NCBI GenBank assembly: GCA_043228905.1
Contig: JBHGNT010000040.1
Span: 186,001-250,000 of the forward strand
Length of the DNA: 64,000 nucleotides
Reading direction: 5' to 3'
Source of the DNA: Azolla caroliniana
Lineage: Eukaryota; Plantae; Polypodiophyta
Shown: one piece after another, positions 42,021 to 54,800 of the stretch
Numbering within the stretch: the stretch's first letter is position 1
How the letters are laid out: every line of letters begins with the position of its first letter
Notes under the pieces: model-generated
What the model saw: the letters and a program-made list of their open reading frames with translations, nothing else
What the model was told of the DNA's origin: nothing
The model's database searches: none
Made by a program: the position numbers and the translations under genes

Positions 42021-45000
42021 CATGTTTGAACACAAAAATCGGATATCACAAGAGCCAGGTATGACAATTTTAATTTACTCACGCGATCTTCTCAACTCCC
42101 TCCTCTGATTTACTAATTTCCTCATGTCTCTCGAGCTGAGTTTCAAAATCTTGATTTTCTAATTCCATATCATAGCTAGTGTTGTTAGCTTCGATTCGCA
42201 GGTTTGAACACAACAATCCGATATCACACGAGCCAGGTACGAACATTTTAATTTACTCACGCGCTCTTCTCAACTCCGTCCTCTGATTTACTAATTTCAT
42301 CATGTCTCTCGAGTTGAGTTTTAAAATCATGATTTTCTAATTCCATATCATAGCTAGTGTTGTTAGCTTCGATTCGCATGTTTGAACACAAAAATCGGAT
42401 ATCACACGAGCCATGTATGACAATTTTAATTTACTCAAGCGATCTTCTCAACTCCTTCCTCTGATTTACCAATTTCATCATGTCTCTCGACCTGAGTTTC
42501 AAAATCTTGATTTTCTAATTCCATATAATAGCTAGTGTTGTTTGCTTCGATTCGCAGGTTTGAACACAACAATCCGATATCACACGAGCCAGGTACGAAC
42601 CTTTTAATTTACTCACGCGCTCTTCTCAACTCCCTCCTCTAATTTACTAATTTCTTCATGTCTCTCGACCTGAGTTTCAAAATCTTGATTTTTTAATTCC
42701 ATATCATAGCTATTGTTATTAGCTTCGATTCGCATGTTTGAACACTAAAATCCGATATTACACAAACCAGGTATGACAATTTTAATTTACTCACTTGCTC
42801 TTCTCAACTCCCTCCTCTAATTTACTAATTTCTTCATGTCTCTCGACCTGAGTTTCAAAATCTTATTTTTTTAATTCCATATCATAGCTAGTGTTATTAG
42901 CTGCGATTCGCATGATAGGAACACTAAAATCGGATATCACACGAGCCAGGTATGACAATTTTAATTTACTCACTTGCTCTTCTCCACTCCCTCCTCTAAT
43001 TTACTAATTTCTTCATGTCTCTCGACCTGAGTTTCAAAATCTTGATTTTTTAATTCCATATCATAGCTAGTGTTATTAGCTGCGATTCGCATGATTGGAA
43101 CCCTAAAATCGGATATCACACAAGCCAGGTATGACAATTTTAATTTACTCACGCGCTCTTCTCAACTCCCTCCTCTAATTTACTAATTTGTTCATGTCTC
43201 TGGACTTGAGTTTCAAAATCTTGATTTTTTAATTCCATATCATAGCTAGTGTTGTTAGCTTCGATTCGCATGTTTGAACACAAAAATCAGATATCACACG
43301 AGCCAGGTATGACAATTTTAATTTACTCACGCGATCTTCTCAACTCCCTCCTCTGATTTACTAATTTCCTCATGTCTCTCGACCTGAGTTTCAAAATCTT
43401 GATTTTTTAATTCCATATCATAGCTAGTGTTGTTAGCTTCGATTCGCATGTTTGAAAACAAAAATCGGATATCACACGAGCCAGGTATGAAAATTTTAAT
43501 TTACTCACGCGCTCTTCTCAACTCCCTCCTCTGATTTGCTAATGTCCTCATGTCTCTCGACCTGAGTTTCAAAATATTTATTTTCTAATTCCATATCATA
43601 GCTAGTGTTGTTAGCTTCGATTCGCATGTTTGAACACAAAAATCGGATATCACACGAGCCAGGTATGACAATTTTAATTTACTCACGCGATCTTCTCAAC
43701 TCCCTCCTGTGATTTACTAATTTTCTCATGTCTCTCGACCTGAGTTTCAAAATCTTGATTTTCTAATTCCATATCATAGCTAGTGTTGTTAGCTTCAATT
43801 CGCAGGTTTCAACACAACAATCCGATATCACACGAGCCAGGTACGAACATTTTAATTTACTCACGCGCTCTTCTCAACTCCCTCCTCTGATTTACTAATT
43901 TCATCATGTCTCTCGAGTTGAGTTTTAAAATCATGATTTTCTAATTCCATATCATAGCTAGTGTTGTTAGCTTCGATTCGCATGTTTGAACACAAAAATC
44001 GGATATCACACGAGCCAGGTATGACAATTTTAATTTACTCAAGCGATCTTCTCAACTCCCTCCTCTGATTTACTAATTTCCTCATGTCTCTCGACCTGAG
44101 TTTCAAAATCTTGATTTTCTAATTCCATATCATAGCTAGTGTTGTTAGCTTCGATTCGCAGGGTTGAACACAACAATCCGATATCACACGAGCCAGGTAT
44201 GAACATTTTAATTTACTCACGCGCTCTTCTCAACTCCCTCCTCTAATTTACTAATTTCTTCATGTCTCTCGACCTGAGTTTCAAAATCTTATTTTTTTAA
44301 TTCCATATCATAGCTAGTGTTGTTAGCTGCGATTCGCATGATTGGAACACTAAAATCGGATATCACACGAGCCAGTTATGAACATTTTAATTTACTCACG
44401 CGCTCTTCTCAACTCCCTGCTCTACTTTGCTAATTTCTTCATGTCTCTCGACCTGAGTTTCAAAATCTTGATTTTTTAATTCTATATCATAGCTAGTGTT
44501 GTTAGCTTCGATTCGCATGTTTGAACACAAAAATCTGATATCACACGAGCCAGGTATGAAAACTTTAATTTACGCACGCGCTCTTCTCAACTCCCTCCTC
44601 TAATTTACTAATTTCTTCATGTCTCTCGACCTGAGTTTCAAAATCTTGATTTTCTAATTCCATATCATAGCTAGTGTTGTTAGCTTCTATTCGCAGGTTT
44701 CAACACAACAATCCGATATCACACGAGCCAGGTACGAACATTTTAATTTACTCACGCGCACTTCTCAACTCCCTCCTCTGATTTACTAATTTCATCATGT
44801 CTCTCGAGTTGAGTTTTAAAATCATGATTTTCTAATTCCATATCATAGCTAGTGTTGTTAGCTTCGATTCGCATGTTTGAACACAAAAATCGGATATCAC
44901 ACGAGCCAGGTATGACAATTTTAATTTACTCAAGCGATCTTCTCAACTCCCTCCTCTGATTTACTAATTTCCTCATGTCTCTCGACCTGAGTTTCAAAAT

Positions 45001-48000
45001 CTTGATTTTCTAATTCCATATCATAGCTAGTGTTGTTAGCTTCGATTCGCAGGGTTGAACACAACAATCCGATATCACACGAGCCAGGTATGAACATTTT
45101 AATTTACTCACGCGCTCTTCTCAACTCCCTCCTCTAATTTACTAATTTCTTCATGTCTCTCGACCTGAGTTTCAAAATCTTATTTTTTTAATTCCATATC
45201 ATAGCTAGTGTTGTTAGCTGCGATTCGCATGATTGGAGCACTAAAATCGGATATCACACGAGCCAGTTATGAACATTTTAATTTACTCACGCGCTCTTCT
45301 CAACTCCCTGCTCTACTTTGCTAATTTCTTCATGTCTCTCGACCTGAGTTTCAAAATCTTGATTTTTTAATTCCATATCATAGCTAGTGTTGTTAGCTTC
45401 GATTCGCATGTTTGAACACAAAAATCGGATATCACACGAGCCAGGTATGACAATTTTAATTTACTCACGCGATCTTCTCAACTCCCTCCTCTGATTTACT
45501 AATTTCCTCATGTCTCTTGACCTGAGTTTCAAAATCTTGATTTTCTAATTCCATATCATAGCTAGTGTTGTTAGCTTCGATTCGCAGGTTTGAACACAAC
45601 AATCTTATATCACACGAGCCAGGTACGAACATTTTAATTTACTCACGCGCTCTTCTCAACTCCCTCCTCTGATTTACTAATTTCTTCATGTCTCTCGACC
45701 TGAGTTTTAAAATCATGATTTTCTAATTCCATATCATAGCTAGTGTTGTTAGCTTCGATTCGCATGTTTGAACACTAAAATCCGATATTACACAAACAAG
45801 GTATGACAATTTTAATTTACTCACTTGCTCTTCTCAACTCCCTCCTCTAATTTACTAATTTCTTCATGTCTCTCGACCTGAGTTTCAAAATCTTGATTTT
45901 TTAATTCCATATCATAGCTATTGTTATTAGCTTCGATTCACATGTTTGAACACTAAAATCCGATATTACACAAACAAGGTATGACAATTTTAATTTACTC
46001 ACTTGCTCTTCTCCACTCCCTCCTCTAATTTACTAATTTCTTCATGTCTCTCGACCTGAGTTTCAAAATCTTGATTTTTTAATTCCATTTTATAGCTAGT
46101 GTTATTAGCTTCGATTCGCATGATTGGAACACTAAAATCGGATATCACACGAGCCAGTTATGAACATTTTAATTTACTCACGCGCTCTTCTCAACTCCCT
46201 CCTCTAATTTACTAATTTCTTCATGTCTCTCGACCTCAGTTTCAAAATCTTGATTTTTTAATTCCATATCATAGCTAGTGTTATTAGCTGCGATTCGCAT
46301 GATTGGAACACTAAAATCGGATATCACACGAGCCAGTTATGAACATTTTAATTTACTCACGCGCTCTTCTCAACTCCCTCCTCTAATTTGCTAATTTCTT
46401 CATGTCTCTCGACCTGAGTTTCAAAATCTTGATTTTTTAATTCCATATCATAGCTAGTGTTGTTAGCTTCGATTCGCATGTTTGAACACAAAAATCGGAT
46501 ATCACACGAGCCAGGTATGACAACTTTAATTTACTCACGCGCTCTTCTCAACTCCCTCCTCTAATTTACTAATTTCTTCATGTCTCTCGACCTGAGTTTC
46601 AAAATCTTGATTTTCTAATTCCATATCATAGCTAGTGTTGTTAGCTTCGATTCGCAGGTTTGAACACAACAATCCGATATTACACGAGCCAGGTACGAAC
46701 ATTTTAATTTACTCACGCGCTCTTCTCAACTCCCTCCTCTGATTTACTAATTTCATCATGTCTCTCGAGTTGAGTTTTAAAATCATGATTTTCTAATTCC
46801 ATATCATAGCTAGTGTTGTTAGCTTCGATACGCATGTTTGAACACAAAAATCGGACATCACACGAGCCAGGTATGACAACTTTAATTTACTCACGCGCTC
46901 TTCTCAACTCCCTCCTCTAATTTACTAATTTCTTCATGTCTCTCGACCTGAGTTTCAAAAACTTGATTTATTAATTCCATATCATAGCTAGTGTTGTTAG
47001 CTTCGATTCACAGGTTTGAACACAACAATGCGATATCACACGAGCCAGGTACGAACATTTTAATTTACTCATGCGCTCTTCTCAACTCCCTCCTCTGATT
47101 TACTAATTTCATCATGTCTCTCGAGTTGAGTTTTAAAATCATGATTTTCTAATTCCATATCATAGCTAGTGTTGTTAGCTTCGATTCGCATGTTTGAACA
47201 CAAAAATCGGATATCACACGAGCCAGGTATGACAATTTTAATTTACTCAAGCGATCTTCTCAACTCCCTCCTCTGATTTACTAATTTCCTCATGTCTCTC
47301 GACCTGAGTTTCAAAATCTTGATTTTCTAATTCCATATCATAGCTAGTGTTGTTAGCTTCCATTCGCATGTTTGAACACAAAAATCGGATATCACACGAG
47401 CCAGGTAGGACAATTTTAATTTACTCAAGCGATCTTCTCAACTCCCTCCTCTGATTTACTAATTTCATCATGTCTCTCGACCTGAGTTTCAAAATCTTGA
47501 TTTTCTAATTCCATATAATAGCTAGTGTTGTTTGCTTCGATTCGCAGGTTTGAACACAACAATCCGATATCACACGAGCCAGGTATGAACATTTTAATTT
47601 ACTCACGCGCTCTTCTCAACTCCCTCCTCTAATTTACTAATTTCTTCATGTCTCTCGACCTGAGTTTCAAAATCTTGTTTTTTTAATTCCATATCATAGC
47701 TAGTGTTGTTAGCTGCGATTCGCATGATTGGAACACTAAAATCGGATATGACACGAGCCAGTTATGAACATTTTAATTTACTCACGCGCTCTTCTCAACT
47801 CCCTCCTCTACTTTGCTAATTTCTTCATGTCTCTCGACCTGAGTTTCAAAATCTTGATTTTTTAATTCCATATCATAGCTAGTGTTGTTAGCTTCGATTC
47901 GCATGTTTGAACACAAAAAACGGATATCACACGAGCCAGGTATGACAATTTTAATTTACTCACACGATCTTCTCAACTCCCTCCCCTGATTTACTAATTT

Positions 48001-48289
48001 TCTCATGTCTCTTGACCTGAGTTTCAAAATCTTGATTTTCTAATTCCATATCATAGCTAGTGTTGTTAGCTTCGATTCGCAGGTTTGAACACAACAATCC
48101 GATATCACACGAGCCAGGTACGAACATTTTAATTTACTCACGCGCTCTTCTCAACTCCCTCCTCTGATTTACTAATTTAATCATGTCTCTCGACCTGAGT
48201 TTTAAAATCATGATTTTCTAATTCCATATCATAGCTAGTGTTGTTAGCTTCGATTCGCATGTTTGAACACTAAAATCCGATATCACACG

Positions 48290-51200
48290 AGCTAGGTATG
48301 ACAACTTTAATTTCCTCACGCGCTGTTCTCAACTCCCTCCTCTAATTTACTAATTTCTTCATGTCTCTCGACCTGAGTTTCAAAATCTTGATTTTGTAAT
48401 TCCATATCATAGCTATTGTTATTAGCTTCAATTCGCATGTTTGAACACTAAAATCCGATATTACACAAACCAGGTATGACAATTTTAATTTACTCACTTG
48501 CTCTTCTCCACTCCCTCCTCTAATCTACTAATTTCTTCATGTCTCTCGACCTGAGTTTCAAAATCTTGATTTTTTAATTCCATATCATAGCTAGTGTTAT
48601 TAGCTCCGATTCGCATGATTGGAAAACTAAAATCGCATATCACACGAGCCAGGTATGACAACTTTAATTTACTCACGCGCTCTTCTCAACTCCCTCCTCT
48701 AATTTACTAATTTCTTCATGTCTCTCGACCTGAGTTTCAAAATCTTGATTTTTTGATTCCATATCATAGCTAGTGTTATTAGCTTCGATTCGCATGATTG
48801 GAACACTAAAATCGGATATCACACGAGCCAGTCATGAACATTTTAATTTACTCACACGCTCTTCTCAACTTCCTCCTCTAATTTACTAATTTCTTCATGT
48901 GTCTCGACCTGAGTTTCAAAATCTTGATTTTTTAATTCCATATCATAGCTAGTGTTATTAGCTTCGATTCGCATGATTGGAACACTAAAATCGGATATCA
49001 CACGAGCCAGTCATGAACATTTTAATTTACTCACACGCTCTTCTCAACTCCCTCCTCTAATTTACTAATTTTTTCATGTCTCCCGACCTAAGTTTAAAAA
49101 TCTTGATTTTTTAATTCCATTTTATAGCTAGTGTTGTTAGCTTCGATTCGCATGTTTGAACACTAAAATCCGATATCACACGACCCAGGTATGACAACTT
49201 TAATTTACTCACGCGCTCTTCTCAACTCCCTCCTCTAATTTACTAATTTCTTCATGTCTCTCGACCTGAGTTTCAAAATCTTGATTTTTTAATTCCATAT
49301 CATAGCTATTGTTATTAGCTTCGATTCACATGTTTGAACACTAAAATCCGATATTACACAAACAAGGTATGACAATTTTAATTTACTCACTTGCTCTTCT
49401 CAACTCCCTCCTCTAATTTACTAATTTCTTCAGGTCTCTCGACCTGAGTTTCAAAATCTTGATTTTTTAATTCCATATCATAGCTAGTGTTAGTAGCTGC
49501 GATTCGCATGATTGGAACACTAAAATCGGATATCACACGAGCCAGTTATGAACATTTTAATTTACTCACGGGCTCTTCTCAACTCCCTCGTCTAATTTGC
49601 TAATTTCTTCATGTCTCTCGACCTGAGTTTCAAAATCTTGATTTTTTAATTCCATATCATAGCTAGTGTTGTTAGCTTCGATTCGCATGTTTGAACACAA
49701 AAATCGGATATCACACGAGCCAGGTATGACAATTTTAATTTACTCACGCGATCTTCTCAACTCCCTCCTCTGATTTACTAATTTCCTCATGTCTCTCGAC
49801 CTGAGTTTCAAAATCTTGATTTTCTAATTCCATATCATAGCTAGTGTTGTTAGCTTCGATTCGCAGGTTTGAACACAACAATCCGATATCACACGAGCCA
49901 GGTACGAACATTTTAATTTACTCACGCGCTCTTCTCAACTCTCTCCTCTGATTTACTAATTTCATCATGTCTCTCGAGTTGAGTTTTAAAATCATGATTT
50001 TCTAATTCCATATCATAGCTAGTGTTGTTAGCTTCGATTCTCATGTTTGAACACAAAAATCGGATATCACACGAGCTAGGTATGACAACTTTAATTTCCT
50101 CACGCGCTGTTCTCAACTCCCTCCTCTAATTTACTAATTTCTTCATGTCTCTCGACCTGAGTTTCATTTCTAATTCCATATAATAGCTATTGTTATTAGC
50201 TTCAATTCGCATGTTTGAACACTAAAATCCGATATTACACAAACCAGGTATGACAATTTTAATTTACTCACTTGCTCTTCTCCACTCCCTCCTCTAATCT
50301 ACTAATTTCTTCATGTCTCTCGACCTGAGTTTCAAAATCTTGATTTTTTAATTCCATATCATAGCTAGTGTTATTAGCTCCGATTCGCATGATTGGAAAA
50401 CTAAAATCGCATATCACACGAGCCAGGTATGACAACTTTAATTTACTCACGCGCTCTTCTCAACTCCCTCCTCTAATTTACTAATTTCTTCATGTCTCTC
50501 GACCTGAGTTTCAAAATCTTGATTTTTTGATTCCATATCATAGCTAGTGTTATTAGCTTCGATTCGCATGATTGGAACACTAAAATCGGATATCACACGA
50601 GCCAGTCATGAACATTTTAATTTACTCACACGCTCTTCTCAACTTCCTCCTCTAATTTACTAATTTCTTCATGTGTCTCGACCTGAGTTTCAAAATCTTG
50701 ATTTTTTAATTCCATATCATAGCTAGTGTTATTAGCTTCGATTCGCATGATTGGAACACTAAAATCGGATATCACACGAGCCAGTCATGAACATTTTAAT
50801 TTACTCACACGCTCTTCTCAACTCCCTCCTCTAATTTACTAATTTTTTCATGTCTCCCGACCTAAGTTTAAAAATCTTGATTTTTTAATTCCATTTTATA
50901 GCTAGTGTTGTTAGCTTCGATTCGCATGTTTGAACACTAAAATCCGATATCACACGACCCAGGTATGACAACTTTAATTTACTCACGCGCTCTTCTCAAC
51001 TCCCTCCTCTAATTTACTAATTTCTTCATGTCTCTCGACCTGAGTTTCAAAATCTTGATTTTTTAATTCCATATCATAGCTATTGTTATTAGCTTCGATT
51101 CACATGTTTGAACACTAAAATCCGATATTACACAAACAAGGTATGACAATTTTAATTTACTCACTTGCTCTTCTCAACTCCCTCCTCTAATTTACTAATT

Positions 51201-51830
51201 TCTTCAGGTCTCTCGACCTGAGTTTCAAAATCTTGATTTTTTAATTCCATATCATAGCTAGTGTTAGTAGCTGCGATTCGCATGATTGGAACACTAAAAT
51301 CGGATATCACACGAGCCAGTTATGAACATTTTAATTTACTCACGGGCTCTTCTCAACTCCCTCGTCTAATTTGCTAATTTCTTCATGTCTCTCGACCTGA
51401 GTTTCAAAATCTTGATTTTTTAATTCCATATCATAGCTAGTGTTGTTAGCTTCGATTCGCATGTTTGAACACAAAAATCGGATATCACACGAGCCAGGTA
51501 TGACAATTTTAATTTACTCACGCGATCTTCTCAACTCCCTCCTCTGATTTACTAATTTCCTCATGTCTCTCGACCTGAGTTTCAAAATCTTGATTTTCTA
51601 ATTCCATATCATAGCTAGTGTTGTTAGCTTCGATTCGCAGGTTTGAACACAACAATCCGATATCACACGAGCCAGGTACGAACATTTTAATTTACTCACG
51701 CGCTCTTCTCAACTCTCTCCTCTGATTTACTAATTTCATCATGTCTCTCGAGTTGAGTTTTAAAATCATGATTTTCTAATTCCATATCATAGCTAGTGTT
51801 GTTAGCTTCGATTCTCATGTTTGAACACAA
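48290..51830. repeat. 10-monomer HOR (1784 bp; 1774 across a 10-bp deletion), with further copies near 53.6-55.4 kb and a partial copy at 59.7-60.1 kb
   Basis: The monomer carrying TAATCTACTA, GCTCCGATT and GGAAAACTAA occurs at 48494, 50268, 53832 and 59890 (offsets 1774, 3564, 6058). Confidence 0.88.
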
Positions 51831-54800
51831 AAATCCGATATCACACGAGCCAGGTATGACAATTTTAATTTACTCACGCGCTCTTCTCAACTCCCTCCTT
51901 TAATTTACTAATTTCTTCATGTCTCTCGACCTGAGTTTCAAAATCTTGATTTTCTAATTCCATATCATAGCTAGTGTTGTTAGCTTCGATTCGCAGGTTT
52001 GAACACAACAATCCGATATCACACGAGCCAGGTACGAACATTTTAATTTACTCACGCGCTCTTCTCAACTCCCTCCTCTGATTTACTAATTTCATCATGT
52101 TTCTCGAGTTGAGTTTTAAAATCATGATTTTCTAATTCCATATCATAGCTAGTGTTGTTAGCTTCAATTCTCATGTTTGAACACAAAAATCGGATATCAC
52201 ACGAGCCAGGTATGACAATTTTAATTTACTCAAGCGATCTTCTCAACTCCCTCCTCTGATTTACTAATTTCATCATGTCTCTCAACTTGAGTTTCAAAAT
52301 CTTGATTTTCTAATTCCATATAATAGCTAGTGTTGTTTGCTTCGATTCGCAGGTTTGAACACAACAATCCGATATCACACGAGCCAGGTATGAACATTTT
52401 AATTTACTCACGCGCTCTTCTCAACTCCCTCCTCTAATTTACTAATTTCTTCATGTCTCTCGACCTGAGTTTCAAAATCTTGATTTTTTAATTCCATATC
52501 ATAGCTATTGTTATTAGCTTCTATTCGCATGTTTGAACACAAAAATCGGATATCACACGAGCCAGGTATGACAATTTTAATTTACTCACGCGATCTTCTC
52601 AACTCCCTCCTCTGATTTACTAATTTCCTCATGTCTCTCGACCTGAGTTTCAAAATCTTGATTTTCTAATTCCATATCATAGCTAGTGTTGTTTGCTTCG
52701 ATTCGCAGGTTTGAACACAACAATCCGATATCACACGAGCCAGGTACGAACATTTTAATTTACTCACGCGCTCTTCTCAACTCCCTCCTCTGATTTACTA
52801 ATTTCATCATGTCTCTCGAGTTGAGTTTTAAATTCATGATTTTCTAATTCTATATCATAGCTAGTGTTGTTAGCTTCGATTCGCATGTTTGAACACAAAA
52901 ATCGGATATCACACGAGCCAGGTATGACAATTTTAATTTACTCAAGCGATCTTCTCAACTCCCTCCTCTGATTTACTAATTTCATCATGTCTCTCTACCT
53001 GAGTTTCAAAATCTTGATTTTCTAATTCCATATAATAGCTAGTGTTGTTTGCTTCGATTCGCAGGTTTGCACACAACAATCCGATATCACACGAGCCAGG
53101 TATGAACATTTTAATTTACTCACGCGCTCTTCTCAACTCCCTCCTCTAATTTACTAATTTCTTCATGTCTCTCGACCTGAGTTTCAAAATCTTGATTTTT
53201 TAATTCCATATCATAGCTAGTGTTGTTAGCTTCGATTCGCATGTTTGAACACAAAAAACGGATATCACACGAGCCAGGTATGACAATTTTAATTTACTCA
53301 CACGATCTTCTCAACTCCCTCCCCTGATTTACTAATTTTCTCATGTCTCTTGACCTGAGTTTCAAAATCTTGATTTTCTAATTCCATATCATAGCTAGTG
53401 TTGTTAGCTTCGATTCGCAGGTTTGAACACAACAATCCGATATCACACGAGCCAGGTACGAACATTTTAATTTACTCACGCGCTCTTCTCAACTCCCTCC
53501 TCTGATTTACTAATTTCATCATGTCTCTCGACCTGAGTTTTAAAATCATGATTTTCTAATTCCATATCATAGCTAGTGTTGTTAGCTTCGATTCGCATGT
53601 TTGAACACTAAAATCCGATATCACACGAGCTAGGTATGACAACTTTAATTTCCTCACGCGCTGTTCTCAACTCCCTCCTCTAATTTACTAATTTCTTCAT
53701 GTCTCTCGACCTGAGTTTCAAAATCTTGATTTTGTAATTCCATATCATAGCTATTGTTATTAGCTTCAATTCGCATGTTTGAACACTAAAATCCGATATT
53801 ACACAAACCAGGTATGACAATTTTAATTTACTCACTTGCTCTTCTCCACTCCCTCCTCTAATCTACTAATTTCTTCATGTCTCTCGACCTGAGTTTCAAA
53901 ATCTTGATTTTTTAATTCCATATCATAGCTAGTGTTATTAGCTCCGATTCGCATGATTGGAAAACTAAAATCGCATATCACACGAGCCAGGTATGACAAC
54001 TTTAATTTACTCACGCGCTCTTCTCAACTCCCTCCTCTAATTTACTAATTTCTTCATGTCTCTCGACCTGAGTTTCAAAATCTTGATTTTTTAATTCCAT
54101 ATCATAGCTAGTGTTATTAGCTTCGATTCGCATGATTGGAACACTAAAATCGGATATCACACGAGCCAGTCATGAACATTTTAATTTACTCACACGCTCT
54201 TCTCAACTTCCTCCTCTAATTTACTAATTTCTTCATGTGTCTCGACCTGAGTTTCAAAATCTTGATTTTTTAATTCCATATCATAGCTAGTGTTATTAGC
54301 TTCGATTCGCATGATTGGAACACTAAAATCGGATATCACACGAGCCAGTCATGAACATTTTAATTTACTCACACGCTCTTCTCAACTCCCTCCTCTAATT
54401 TACTAATTTTTTCATGTCTCCCGACCTAAGTTTAAAAATCTTGATATTTTAATTCCATTTTATAGCTAGTGTTGTTAGCTTCGATTCACATGTTTGAACA
54501 CTAAAATCCGATATCACACGACCCAGGTATGACAACTTTAATTTACTCACGCGCTCTTCTCAACTCCCTCCTCTAATTTACTAATTTCTTCATGTCTCTC
54601 GACCTGAGTTTCAAAATCTTGATTTTTTAATTCCATATCATAGCTATTGTTATTAGCTTCGATTCACATGTTTGAACACTAAAATCCGATATTACACAAA
54701 CAAGGTATGACAATTTTAATTTACTCACTTGCTCTTCTCAACTCCCTCCTCTAATTTACTAATTTCTTCAGGTCTCTCGACCTGAGTTTCAAAATCTTGA

